Of a DNA stretch of 64,000 nucleotides, positions 7,645 through 17,016 are shown piece by piece. The DNA comes from an uncultured Eubacteriales bacterium (lineage in GTDB: Bacteria > Bacillota > Clostridia > Oscillospirales > Oscillospiraceae). Under the pieces are notes generated by a model, which did no database searches, was not told the DNA's origin, and saw nothing but the letters and a program-made list of their open reading frames with translations. How positions within the stretch are numbered: the stretch's first letter is position 1; every line of letters starts with the position of its first letter. A program made the position numbers and the translations under genes. The stretch spans positions 78,841 through 142,840 of the forward strand of contig ONGJ01000002.1 of the NCBI GenBank assembly GCA_900317375.1. The letters run 5' to 3'.

Positions 7645-9678
7645 ATGAAGAAAACTCTGTCACTGATTTTGGCGCTGATGCTCATGCTGAGCTTCTGCAC
7701 AGCGGCTTTTGCAGCCGAGGCGCCTTCCGCAGAGTCGCAGATCAACACGCTTTTTTCCAGCTTCGCATCGATGAAGCAGCCCGGTCCGGATATCTGGTCC
7801 TACGCCGTAACGGATCTTGACCACAACGGCCGGCTGGAGCTTCTTGCCGCCTGCATGAAGGGCGCTGACCGCCGTACCTCTCTGCTGGCGTGGGAGGTCA
7901 CGCCGGACGGAACAGCGGTTGCGCAGATTCCGACTTCCGGCGCCTATCCCGACGTGATCAAGGGATCGGCGGACACCTACCATAATCTCGCCGACGGCAC
8001 CTGGGCTTATCAGTTCGACGATGTCGCGCCTCACGCTGCCGCTGATCTTGCTGAGAACAAATGTACGGTTCAGCTGAAGGACGGGAAGCTCAGCTTTTCC
8101 GCCTTTGCCAACAAGCTGATCTCCGCGCAGGCCGGTCAGAGCCCGATCAGTTACTTCAACGGCGCCGGTCAGGCCATTACCCCGGAAGACTACAACGCCG
8201 CAGCGGCAAATGCTTTTGCCTCTTCTGCAAAAAGCAGCACCTGCTTTGACTGGTTCCTGGTGACGGATGCGGGTTCTGCCTCCCGGTTTTCCGACAGCTA
8301 TGCCATCTTCAACGGCTCTGTGATGCCGGCCTGGCCGGAGGATGCCGCCCCCAAGGCTGCCGCTCCCGCTGTGACACCGACCGTCACGAATCCCAATGCC
8401 GCTCTCCTGATCACCAAGAGCCCGACAAGTGAAAGTCAGAAGCCCGGTGCCACGGCGCTGTTTATCGCCAACGCCAGCAGCTGGTTCACTGTCAGCTGGA
8501 CCTTTGTCGCCCCGAACGGCGGCGAGTACAGCTCCAGCAGCTTCGCTGCACAGTTCCCCCAGGCTTCTCTGACCGGTGATACCGGCTCTTACCTCAGCGT
8601 CAGGAATGTCACGCCCGAGATGAACGGCTGGGGCGTTTACGCCACCTTCTATGGCCAGAATGCCCAGACCTCGCGCACCGGCACAGCCTATCTGTTTGTT
8701 TCTGACCGTCCTGCCGGCACCTCCGTTACCACCAACCGCACCGCGCCCGGTACCGTGACAGCCGTGGATGCGAACAAGGTTACCATCTCGCTTGCCGAAG
8801 GCGGCAGTGTCCAGGTCCCCTTGGACACCTGCAGTGCGCTCTGCGGCGGCATGACGCCCGGCTGCTCCTGCACGGTATGGTACAACGGGAAAGCAGTCGC
8901 CTCCGGAAATGTCTGGCACGTGGATATCTACGGTTCTCCGGTTCCTGTTGAAGTCCAGCCGGTTCAGACTCCTCAGCCGACCCAGACGCACATGCATTAT
9001 GAATACTACTGCCCGAACTGCTCGCGCTCGGTTCCGGCAAACGCTGAGGTCTGCCCGTACTGCGGCTATCGCTTTACCACCACTTACACCCGCTACTATT
9101 GCCCGAGCTGCTCGAACGAAGTCAGCGGCGACGCCGATGTCTGCCCGTACTGCGGCTATATCTTTGCCACCGGCCTGTACAATCAGGACGGGACCGCTTT
9201 CCATCAGTACGGCGTACAGATTACCGAAGATCCAGAGCATTATTACTGCCCGAGCTGCTCGCACGAGGTCAGTGCCGATATCGACATCTGCCCGTACTGC
9301 GGCTACATCTTCGCAACCGGTCTCTATAACCAGGACGGCACCGCCTTCCATACCTACGGCACAGAGATCACGGATGGGTCCGAGTACGAATCGACAGGCG
9401 GCGTCCCTGACGACGCCATGGGCTGCCCGAACTGCCACGGGACCATTTCCATCTATACGACCGTCTGCCCCTGGTGTGGATATAACCTGAACGGCGGTTA
9501 TTCCGGTTACGGCGATATCCCTGATTATGATGACTATTTTGATTACGACTACGACGATTTCCTGGATTATACGGATTATGTCAATCCGATCGATCCCTAC
9601 AGCGGAACCGTGGATGACTGGGCTGGCTGGAGCGACGACTGGGGTGACTGGGATTACGAAGGCATCGGTAGCTGGTGA
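7645..9678 (+). CDS. secreted multidomain protein: signal peptide, unknown N-domain, Ig-like domain, four tandem zinc-ribbon (CPxC-X10-CPYCG) modules, Asp/Tyr/Trp-rich tail
   Basis: 677 aa. MKKTLSLILALMLMLSFCTAAFA/AEA signal peptide and no later TM. Four copies of the CPxCS-X10-CP(Y/W)CGY pattern (first Cys codon of the first module at 9010). Tail DYDDYFDYDYDDFLDYTDY...WAGWSDDWGDWDYEGIGSW. AGGAGGA RBS 5 nt upstream of the ATG. Confidence 0.85.
   Translation: MKKTLSLILALMLMLSFCTAAFAAEAPSAESQINTLFSSFASMKQPGPDIWSYAVTDLDHNGRLELLAACMKGADRRTSLLAWEVTPDGTAVAQIPTSGAYPDVIKGSADTYHNLADGTWAYQFDDVAPHAAADLAENKCTVQLKDGKLSFSAFANKLISAQAGQSPISYFNGAGQAITPEDYNAAAANAFASSAKSSTCFDWFLVTDAGSASRFSDSYAIFNGSVMPAWPEDAAPKAAAPAVTPTVTNPNAALLITKSPTSESQKPGATALFIANASSWFTVSWTFVAPNGGEYSSSSFAAQFPQASLTGDTGSYLSVRNVTPEMNGWGVYATFYGQNAQTSRTGTAYLFVSDRPAGTSVTTNRTAPGTVTAVDANKVTISLAEGGSVQVPLDTCSALCGGMTPGCSCTVWYNGKAVASGNVWHVDIYGSPVPVEVQPVQTPQPTQTHMHYEYYCPNCSRSVPANAEVCPYCGYRFTTTYTRYYCPSCSNEVSGDADVCPYCGYIFATGLYNQDGTAFHQYGVQITEDPEHYYCPSCSHEVSADIDICPYCGYIFATGLYNQDGTAFHTYGTEITDGSEYESTGGVPDDAMGCPNCHGTISIYTTVCPWCGYNLNGGYSGYGDIPDYDDYFDYDYDDFLDYTDYVNPIDPYSGTVDDWAGWSDDWGDWDYEGIGSW
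9094..9387 (+). repeat. in-frame tandem duplication, 2 x 147 nt (49 aa), each unit one zinc ribbon plus the linker IFATGLYNQDGTAFH
   Basis: Unit 1 is 9094-9240 and unit 2 is 9241-9387. 38 of 49 residues are identical. The 17-codon stretch GYIFATGLYNQDGTAFH has 9 synonymous and 0 non-synonymous differences. Confidence 0.9.
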
Positions 9679-9726
9679 TTTCTTCCCATAATCCCTGAAC
9701 GGGATCAAGTTCGAATCAAATAAAAA

Positions 9727-9770
9727 GGCCATCGGCCGAGAGGTAATCTCTCCCCGATGGTCTTTTCTTC
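9727..9770. terminator. bidirectional intrinsic terminator between the zinc-ribbon gene and rbgA
   Basis: Hairpin CCATCGG..GAGAG-GTAAT-CTCTC..CCGATGG, flanked by AAATAAAAAGG upstream and TCTTTTCTTC downstream. Confidence 0.55.
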
Positions 9771-10638
9771 ATCCCTTTGGTGCTTCTTCCAGGGTCAGGC
9801 GGCCAAGTTTGCCGCTGTGGTATTCGTTCAGCAGTGTGTTCGCCATCCGTTCGGTATCCGTCTCCCCGCCCGAAACGAGAAAGCCCCGCTTGCGGGCTGC
9901 TTCCTCCAGCAGTTCATAACCGGGCTTATCCGGATCCGCCTCGATCTTATACCGCGAGACCACGGCCTCCGGATACAGCCGGCACAGGCGCTGCATCAGG
10001 GTTGAGGCCAGCGCCTCGCGGTCAAGGATTTCCGCCTTGATGGCATTCGTCACAGCCAGCAGCTCGCCGACCTCCGGGTCTTCAAACTTCGGCCAAAGAA
10101 TGCCCGGGGTATCCAGCAGCTCCATCCCGTTATCTACGCTGATCCACTGCTTTCCCCGCGTCACGCCGGGCCTGTCCCCGGCGATGGCGGCTTTCCGTCC
10201 CGCAAGGCTGTTGATGAAGGTCGATTTGCCGACATTCGGAATGCCGACAGCCATCAAACGGATCTTTCGCCCGCTCTGCCCCTTCCGGTTCCACTCGCTG
10301 ATCTTCTCTTCCAGCAGCTCTCTCACCATCGGCGAAAAGCCGGCGATCCCGCGTCGGCTGCGTGAGTCGCAGGCCAGAACCGCATAGCCCTGCCCCTCGT
10401 ACCACTGCTTCCATTCGTCGGTGCGCTTCGGTTCGGCAAGGTCCGCCCTCCCAAGGACGATCACGCGCGGCTTTCCCGCAGCGAGAACGTCAATGTCCGG
10501 GTTGCGGCTGGCATGCGGAATGCGGGCATCCAGAATCTCGCACAGGACATCCACCATGCCGAGGTTCTCCTGCATCATCCGCCGGGCCTTGGCCATATGG
10601 CCGGGATACCATTGGATGGGCGATGCGTTTGTGTTCAT
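9769..10638 (-). CDS. rbgA: ribosome biogenesis GTPase A (YlqF/RbgA)
   Basis: 289 aa. N-terminal IQWYPGHMAKA, circularly permuted GTPase with G1 GIPNVGKST and DTPG. ATGA-type overlap with lepB upstream. Confidence 0.92.
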   Translation of the reverse strand: MNTNASPIQWYPGHMAKARRMMQENLGMVDVLCEILDARIPHASRNPDIDVLAAGKPRVIVLGRADLAEPKRTDEWKQWYEGQGYAVLACDSRSRRGIAGFSPMVRELLEEKISEWNRKGQSGRKIRLMAVGIPNVGKSTFINSLAGRKAAIAGDRPGVTRGKQWISVDNGMELLDTPGILWPKFEDPEVGELLAVTNAIKAEILDREALASTLMQRLCRLYPEAVVSRYKIEADPDKPGYELLEEAARKRGFLVSGGETDTERMANTLLNEYHSGKLGRLTLEEAPKG

Positions 10639-11219
10639 CGGATCCAGCCCGTATCGCTGAGCGGGAAGATGACGTAATAGGCTCTCCCCAGCAGCATCCT
10701 CTGGTCCACCATGCCGATCTCCTTCTTGCGGCTGTCCGTCGAGGCATTCCGGTTGTCACCCATCACGAACATGCAGCCTTCCGGAACGGTCTGGGGCCCG
10801 ATAAAGTCGAGCTTGGTCTTGGTCAGCTCGGCGATATAGTCCTCCTCCACCGGCAGCCCGTCGATATACACGATGCCGCGGTCAAAGTCGATGCTGATCT
10901 CCTGCCCTTCGGTGGCGATCACCCGCTTGACCAGCGCGCGTTCCGGGTCATACCTGTCCGTTTTGAAGACGACGACATCGCCCGCGTGCGGCGTATAAAA
11001 CAGATTGGACACCAGCATCTTGTCTCCGTCATGCAGCGTCGGGAACATCGAGGACCCGCTGACATCGATGACGCGGATGATGAAGATGAAGATGGCCATG
11101 CAGATGACCAGCGCCGTCATCAGCGACTGGATCCACTCATAGAGGTCAACGCGCATGCTCTCCTGCTGTTCGACTGCTTCCTCTGCCTTTTCTGCGGCTT
11201 TTTTCTCTTTTCTGCTCAT
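10635..11219 (-). CDS. lepB: signal peptidase I
   Basis: 194 aa. N-terminal TM, catalytic Ser box SGSSMFPTL, Lys box KRVIA, GDNRNASTDSR. Confidence 0.92.
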   Translation of the reverse strand: MSRKEKKAAEKAEEAVEQQESMRVDLYEWIQSLMTALVICMAIFIFIIRVIDVSGSSMFPTLHDGDKMLVSNLFYTPHAGDVVVFKTDRYDPERALVKRVIATEGQEISIDFDRGIVYIDGLPVEEDYIAELTKTKLDFIGPQTVPEGCMFVMGDNRNASTDSRKKEIGMVDQRMLLGRAYYVIFPLSDTGWIR

Positions 11220-11223
11220 AGTT

Positions 11224-12207
11224 TCAGCGGCCTTTCACGGTTTTGTTCAGGCTCATGATGGCATGAACCGTCTTCCAGTTTCCGGTCCGGATCAGGCGAT
11301 CCAGAAGCTGATATTTCTTCGGCGCCTTCCGGACATAGGGGTTCTCGCGGTAATCGGGGAAATTGCGGATGAAATCATCCCGCAGCGCAGCCTGCACCGG
11401 GCTTTTCGGGTCAATGAGGTTGGCCCGGCATACGGCGGCCAGATACTCCTCGTAAAAGAACTTGTAGCAGAGCTGTTCGCGATAGCGCTCATACCGCCCG
11501 GTTTCGCGGTACCAGTCGATCACCAGCTTCGCCACCGTGATCATCTCGTCGTTTCTTGCGGTGCTCCGGTTGTTGGTGATGGAGCCCTGTCTCTGCAGAT
11601 AGCGGTACCAGGCCTGATGAACGGGCAGGATCCTCTGCGCCAGCGGGTAAAGCTTCGGGCTCGTTGCCAGATCCTCATACCACAGGCCTTCCGCAAAGCG
11701 GATGCCGTGTTCGGTGAACAGACTGCGCTTCCAGATCTTGTTGACTGCGTTGTGCGGGCAGAACAGAAACTCCGGATACTCCTCCAGCGTAAAGGCTTCC
11801 GTCCTCCCGGAACCGTCAAAGGCAGCTGTCACCTCTCCGCTTTCATTCACATGGACGAAGTCGAAGACCGCAATGTCCATATCCTGCTCCAAGACCTGCA
11901 GGATCTCACAGACGGCGCGGTCGCTGACATAATCATCGCTGTCTATAAACAGCAGATAATCCGCTTCGGAAGCTTCTATCCCCACGTTCCGTGCATGGCT
12001 GAGGCCTCCGTTCGGCGTGTCCACCACTTTGACAAGATCCGGGTATCTCTCTTCATATCTTCTGACCACTTGACCGGATGAATCGGTAGAGCCGTCGTTG
12101 ACGGCGATGATCTCGTAGCCGCCGAGATCCGGCTCGATCAGCGAGTCCAAGCATTTGGCAACATAGGCCTCGGTATTGTAGACAGGAACGATAATACTGA
12201 GCTTCAA
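11224..12207 (-). CDS. family 2 glycosyltransferase
   Basis: 327 aa. LSIIVPVYNTEAYV...VNDGSTD...FIDSDD, the GT-A fold DxD signature. Confidence 0.88.
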   Translation of the reverse strand: MKLSIIVPVYNTEAYVAKCLDSLIEPDLGGYEIIAVNDGSTDSSGQVVRRYEERYPDLVKVVDTPNGGLSHARNVGIEASEADYLLFIDSDDYVSDRAVCEILQVLEQDMDIAVFDFVHVNESGEVTAAFDGSGRTEAFTLEEYPEFLFCPHNAVNKIWKRSLFTEHGIRFAEGLWYEDLATSPKLYPLAQRILPVHQAWYRYLQRQGSITNNRSTARNDEMITVAKLVIDWYRETGRYERYREQLCYKFFYEEYLAAVCRANLIDPKSPVQAALRDDFIRNFPDYRENPYVRKAPKKYQLLDRLIRTGNWKTVHAIMSLNKTVKGR

Positions 12208-12421
12208 GCCTCACCCTCCTTGATCATCCGGGTCTTTCTCCCGACTTCAGCTTTCTGCCGCTGCGCGGGAGTATAGCTGATCCCTCGCCTTCAGGTTTGC
12301 GCGCCGCGCACGTGAGTTTTAGACAGCCCAAAGGATTCTAAGCGGCTGCAGTACCTTCATGAGGGGCACCACCTTCCCTTGCCGCGCACGACACAGACTT
12401 CCGGGGAGCAGACAAAGCGCT

Positions 12422-13876
12422 CTATTCTGCAGAGGCATTCCCTTCCGCGATGATGGTCCGGTAGTTCTGATAGGTGACCCTGCCGGGCAGCGCGCCGGAG
12501 GCTTTCTTCACATTGCGCACCATGGTATAGTCTACCGCGCACTTTCCGCCGTTTCGCGCCTGGGAATAGCGCACGGCCAGCTCCGCCGCCGCTTTCAGTG
12601 CCTCCTCCGTGGGTTCGCGTCCTTCACAGCGCAGGATGACGTGGCTCCCGTGCAGGTTTTTGACATGCAGCCAGTAGTCCGTCCGCCGTGCGATTTTCGT
12701 CGTCAGCTCATCGTTCACCGCGTTGTTTCTGCCGACCAGGATCTCGAAGCCGTCCGGGCTTTCAAAACGCAGGCACTCGCCTCCGTGCTGCGGTTTCCCC
12801 TTTTCCTTCTTCCGGTCCCTTCTGTCTTTCTTCAGCAGGCCGACGCCTTCCAGTTCTCCGCGGATCTCTGCAAGGTCGCGTTCCGATTCTGCGCGGTCCA
12901 GTTCGTCCAGCACGCTGTTGAGATAGTCCAGCAGCTTTTCGCCCTCGGCGATCAGGCTGCCGAGATGCTCCTTTGCGCCCTTTGCCTTTCGGTAGCGCTT
13001 GTAGCGGTTTTCCAGATTCTGCTGCGGGCTCTTCAGCGGGTCCAGTTCCAGTACGGTTTCAGGGCTGTCGGGCTCATAGTAGTTTTCACACACAAGCGTC
13101 CGGTCTCCCCTGTGCACACGGTAGAGGTTTGCTTTCAGAAGCTCTGCCTCCTGTCGGATCTGCTCCATATTTTCCGTGCGCCGCAGTTCATCCGTCTGCG
13201 CAGCCAGCTTTCTCTGCTGACGGTCCCGCATCCGACGTACGGTTTTGGTGAGCTCCTGCGCCCGACGGCGCTGCAGCTCGCGCTGTTCCTGGCTGCCATA
13301 GCGTGCGTCCAGAAGGGCGCTGATGCTCTCGCCCGGGGCAGGCGCTGCTTCCGCAGCGTGTCCGTGTTCCGTCACCGGCTTCTCCGGCAGCTCATAACGC
13401 AGGCCGGGAAGCAGTGCGCGCTTTCCGTATTCGCCGGGTGCTATCCGGCGCAGGCAATCGAGGATCCGTCCGTCCTCGCCGACCAGAATCAGATTGGCGG
13501 CTCTTCCCATCAGCTCGGTCACCAGCTGCAGCTGCAGCTCATCGCCGAGCTCCGTCCTGCCCTCCAGGGTCATCACGAGGATGCGGTCCCCGTTTACCTG
13601 ACGGATGTCCAGAATGCGGGCGCCCTTCAGGTATTTCCGCAGAAGCATGCAGAACATCGGGGCATTCGCCGGGTTCTCATAGCTTCGATCCGTCAGATGC
13701 ATGCGCGCATTCGGCCCGCCCGCGCGCAGCAGCAGCTTTTCTGTCTCTCCGTACCGGCGTACGCCAAACAGCAGCAGGTCCTTTTCCGGCTGCCGGATCT
13801 TTTCGATTTTTCCGTCTTTGAGCCGATCGTTCAGTTCCTCTGCCAGCCGTCCGATCGTCACAGCATCCAATGCCAT
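12422..13876 (-). CDS. rqcH: ribosome quality control protein RqcH (NFACT / FbpA family)
   Basis: ORF 12422..13981 trimmed to MALDAVTIGRLAEEL... NFACT-N start, central coiled coil, and NFACT-R/DUF814 motif DYWLHVKNLHGSHVIL. Confidence 0.85.
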   Translation of the reverse strand: MALDAVTIGRLAEELNDRLKDGKIEKIRQPEKDLLLFGVRRYGETEKLLLRAGGPNARMHLTDRSYENPANAPMFCMLLRKYLKGARILDIRQVNGDRILVMTLEGRTELGDELQLQLVTELMGRAANLILVGEDGRILDCLRRIAPGEYGKRALLPGLRYELPEKPVTEHGHAAEAAPAPGESISALLDARYGSQEQRELQRRRAQELTKTVRRMRDRQQRKLAAQTDELRRTENMEQIRQEAELLKANLYRVHRGDRTLVCENYYEPDSPETVLELDPLKSPQQNLENRYKRYRKAKGAKEHLGSLIAEGEKLLDYLNSVLDELDRAESERDLAEIRGELEGVGLLKKDRRDRKKEKGKPQHGGECLRFESPDGFEILVGRNNAVNDELTTKIARRTDYWLHVKNLHGSHVILRCEGREPTEEALKAAAELAVRYSQARNGGKCAVDYTMVRNVKKASGALPGRVTYQNYRTIIAEGNASAE

Positions 13877-13883
13877 CGGGAAT

Positions 13884-14276
13884 TCAGTCCTCCGTGATGC
13901 TCCGGAACAGCTCGTGTACGCGCTCTTCCTTTCCCTGCAGATACAGCCACCCAAACAGGGCCTCCAGCCCGGTTGCGGCATGGTATTCCCCGGGGTTTGC
14001 GTGGGGCGGGATGCCGTGTACGCGGCAGTTTCTGCCCCGCCGGTACACGGCCGCCTCTTCTTCTGAAAGCAGCGGCATGACTTTTTCCGCCGCCTTTGCC
14101 TGCGCCTCAGCCCTTACAAATGTCACGGTGCTGCGGTGCAGGTCCTGCACCTGGGCCGGTCCCCGCTTTGTCAGCATCGTGCGGACCAGCAGCTCGTAAA
14201 CGGCGTCGCCGACATGGGCCAGCGCCAGCATGCTCAGGCGGTCGGCCTCCTTCGCCGTCATGGCCTCATGGTTCAT
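13884..14276 (-). CDS. mrnC: Mini-ribonuclease 3
   Basis: 130 aa. RNase III-like signature LALAHVGDAVYELLVR, with size typical of Mini-III. Confidence 0.88.
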   Translation of the reverse strand: MNHEAMTAKEADRLSMLALAHVGDAVYELLVRTMLTKRGPAQVQDLHRSTVTFVRAEAQAKAAEKVMPLLSEEEAAVYRRGRNCRVHGIPPHANPGEYHAATGLEALFGWLYLQGKEERVHELFRSITED

Positions 14277-16935
14277 CGGCCGCTTCCTCTGTCAGGATGT
14301 CCGAATAATCGTCTGCCCCTGCTTCCGCTGCCGGGAAGTCTCCCTCGCTGATAAAGCCGAGCTTTCGCTGCAGCTCAAGCCAGCCGTTCTTATCGATGAC
14401 AACACTGCGCGGTTTTGCCCCCTCATAGGGGCCGACGACCCCAAGCTCTTCCATCTGGTCCACGATACGGGCAGCACGGGAGTAGCCCAGCTTGATGCGG
14501 CGCTGCAGCATGGACACCGAGCACGAGCCCATCTCGAGCACGACCTCGACCGCCTGCGGCAGCATCTCGTCGTAATCGCCGCCGGGCCCGTCGGAGCCGC
14601 TGTCCCGGTCGTCTGAGCTGCTGCCCTTGCCGTCTTTCTTATTCGCCGCATTCTCCATGGCCTGCATGATCTCGCTGTTTGTCTCGCTTTCAAGCTGGTT
14701 GTGATCCTTGATGAAGTTGATCACGTCCTCGCGCTCTTCGTCCGAGACATACGAGCCCTGAATACGGGTCGGTTTGCCGGAGCCGAGGGGCGCGTACAGC
14801 ATATCGCCGAAACCGATCAGCTTTTCGGCGCCGCCCTGGTCGAGAATGATGCGGCTTTCCAGTGCAGACGAGACCGCAAAGGCGATACGGGACGGGATAT
14901 TGGCCTTCATCAGGCCGGTGATGACGTCCGCGGAAGGCCGCTGCGTAGCGATGACGAGGTGCATGCCCGCTGCACGGCCCATCTGGGCCACGCGGCAGAT
15001 GCTCTCTTCCACGTCCTTGGACGCCACCAGCATCAGGTCGGCCAGCTCATCGATCACGATGACGACGCGGGGCAGGGTTTCCAGCTTCTGCTTTTTCTGG
15101 ATCTCGTTATAGGCATTCAGGTCGCGTACGCCGAGCTCCGAGAAAGCGCGGTAGCGTTTCAGCATTTCGACCACCGACCACTGCAGCGCACCGGCCGCCT
15201 TCTTCGGGTCCGTGACCACCGGCACATACAGATGGGGGATGCCGTTGTAGATGCCGAGCTCGACCATCTTCGGGTCGATCATGATCAGCTTCACTTCGTC
15301 CGGTCTCGCCTTATACAGAAGGCTGAGGATCAGTGAGTTCATGCACACCGATTTGCCCGATCCCGTGGTACCGGCGATCAGCAGATGCGGCAGTTTGGAG
15401 ATGTTGCCTACGATGCAGTTGCCGCCGATGTCCTTGCCAAGCGCAAAGCTCAGCTTGGATTTGGCGCCGTAGAAATTGCTGGATTCCAAAATATCCCGCA
15501 GGAAAACCGTGCTGACGGTCTTGTTCGGCACTTCGATGCCGACGGTGGAGATTCTGTCGGGGATCGGCGCGATGCGGACATTGACCACACCAAGGGACAG
15601 GGCCAGATCGCCCGAGAGGTTCGTGATTCTGGACAGCTTGACGCCGCGGTCCAGTTCGATGTCATAGCGTGTGACGGTAGGTCCGCGAATCACGCCGACC
15701 ACGGAAGCACTGATGCCGAAGCTCTGGATGGCCTCCTCCAGGCGCGTGCGGTTGATGGCGATTTCGTCTGTGGCATCCGCGGGACCCGCAGTGCTTGCCC
15801 GCAGCAGCGACATCGGCGGGAATTCGTAATCGCCGTCGCCTCCCCGGCTCCGGGCGATCTCGCGCTCGATCTTCTCCCGCTCTTTCTGCAGGTCGGTCTT
15901 GTCCTCCGCCTTCTCCTTCACGGGTTTCACCGGCGGCTTCGGCGGGCGGGCAGGCTGCTCCGGCTGTACGGGCCGGATCGGCGTTTCGGGCTTGACCGGC
16001 GCCGCAGAGGTCTTCGTTCCCTTCTCCCCCTTGGTGGTAAAGGGCGGTTTTATACTCTCCTCGCTGTCATCAAAGCCGGTGATGATTTTCGGCGGCGTCC
16101 GAATGACAGCATCCGATCCCTGTCCGTATGTCGCTTTCTTTACTCTCTGCCCGATGGGCAGTTTCTCCTCCTCATCGCCCAGCGGGATGTCGATGAGGTC
16201 GGGTTTCGTCTGGATCACCTTGACAGGCGGCTTTTTCCCGCCGCCGGCACTGGCGTCCGCTGTGACGGCGCGTTCGGCGGGACAGCCCGGCTGCATCTTA
16301 ACATAGCTGCTGCGCGGCTCGGTGATCTTTGCGACCAGGTTGCGCAGGCTGCCCCAGAAGCAGACGATGAAGCAGTAGATAAAGCTCAGGCCGAGAATCG
16401 GCAGCGTTCCGTAGATGCTGAGCGCCTTGTTCAGGCCAAAGGTGATCAGGCCGCCGATGACGCCGCCCGATTTCATCACCTTTCCCAGTTCAAACAGGTC
16501 GTTGATGGCTTCCCAGATGTCGGCGCCCGGTCGGATGCCGGTATCCAGCAGCAGTTCGGAAAGCGCCGAAAGCAGCACCGGGAGCATGACCGTCGCGAAG
16601 ACCCGGCTGCCGACAGGCTTGGTACCGCAGGTGAACAGAAGGTAGGCGCTGATCGCAAAGGCCGGCGCAGCCAGGTAAAAGCCCCAGCCCAGCAGCCCGC
16701 GGACGAGATCCGAAAAATAGGCCACAAAGCTGCCCTCAGTATTAAAGTAGCTGATCACCGAGCAGATCGCCAGCACGAGAAAGATGATCCCGCCGAGAAT
16801 ATTGGTGCCGTAGGCAGCCGGTTTGTCGTTCATCTCGGTCATCGGCCCGCTCTTTCTCTTCGGCGGCGGGGGCGGCGCAGTCTTGTCTGTTTTCTTTCTG
16901 CTGTTTGTTTTTTTGCTTGTTGCTTTTCTTGCCAT
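14266..16935 (-). CDS. ftsK: DNA translocase FtsK/SpoIIIE
   Basis: 889 aa. N-terminal TM helices, Pro-rich linker, motor domain with Walker A GTTGSGKS and Walker B VVIVIDELADL, and a C-terminal gamma wHTH (SVSMLQRRIKLGYSRAARIVDQME). Confidence 0.93.
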   Translation of the reverse strand: MARKATSKKTNSRKKTDKTAPPPPPKRKSGPMTEMNDKPAAYGTNILGGIIFLVLAICSVISYFNTEGSFVAYFSDLVRGLLGWGFYLAAPAFAISAYLLFTCGTKPVGSRVFATVMLPVLLSALSELLLDTGIRPGADIWEAINDLFELGKVMKSGGVIGGLITFGLNKALSIYGTLPILGLSFIYCFIVCFWGSLRNLVAKITEPRSSYVKMQPGCPAERAVTADASAGGGKKPPVKVIQTKPDLIDIPLGDEEEKLPIGQRVKKATYGQGSDAVIRTPPKIITGFDDSEESIKPPFTTKGEKGTKTSAAPVKPETPIRPVQPEQPARPPKPPVKPVKEKAEDKTDLQKEREKIEREIARSRGGDGDYEFPPMSLLRASTAGPADATDEIAINRTRLEEAIQSFGISASVVGVIRGPTVTRYDIELDRGVKLSRITNLSGDLALSLGVVNVRIAPIPDRISTVGIEVPNKTVSTVFLRDILESSNFYGAKSKLSFALGKDIGGNCIVGNISKLPHLLIAGTTGSGKSVCMNSLILSLLYKARPDEVKLIMIDPKMVELGIYNGIPHLYVPVVTDPKKAAGALQWSVVEMLKRYRAFSELGVRDLNAYNEIQKKQKLETLPRVVIVIDELADLMLVASKDVEESICRVAQMGRAAGMHLVIATQRPSADVITGLMKANIPSRIAFAVSSALESRIILDQGGAEKLIGFGDMLYAPLGSGKPTRIQGSYVSDEEREDVINFIKDHNQLESETNSEIMQAMENAANKKDGKGSSSDDRDSGSDGPGGDYDEMLPQAVEVVLEMGSCSVSMLQRRIKLGYSRAARIVDQMEELGVVGPYEGAKPRSVVIDKNGWLELQRKLGFISEGDFPAAEAGADDYSDILTEEAADEP

Positions 16936-17016
16936 GAATTGCTTCCTTACTATGGTTTATAAAAATGAAAAGGATATGCAGAATGCTGCGGGTGCTTTTC
17001 TTTCCTGCTGTTCGGG

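Noticed and set aside
7660-9732. 690-aa ORF antisense to the zinc-ribbon secreted protein gene
   Set aside because: It overlaps a gene with clear signal peptide, repeat and motif structure. Its translation is Arg/Gly/Ala-rich low-complexity sequence with no motifs and no RBS. This is a typical GC3-driven shadow ORF.
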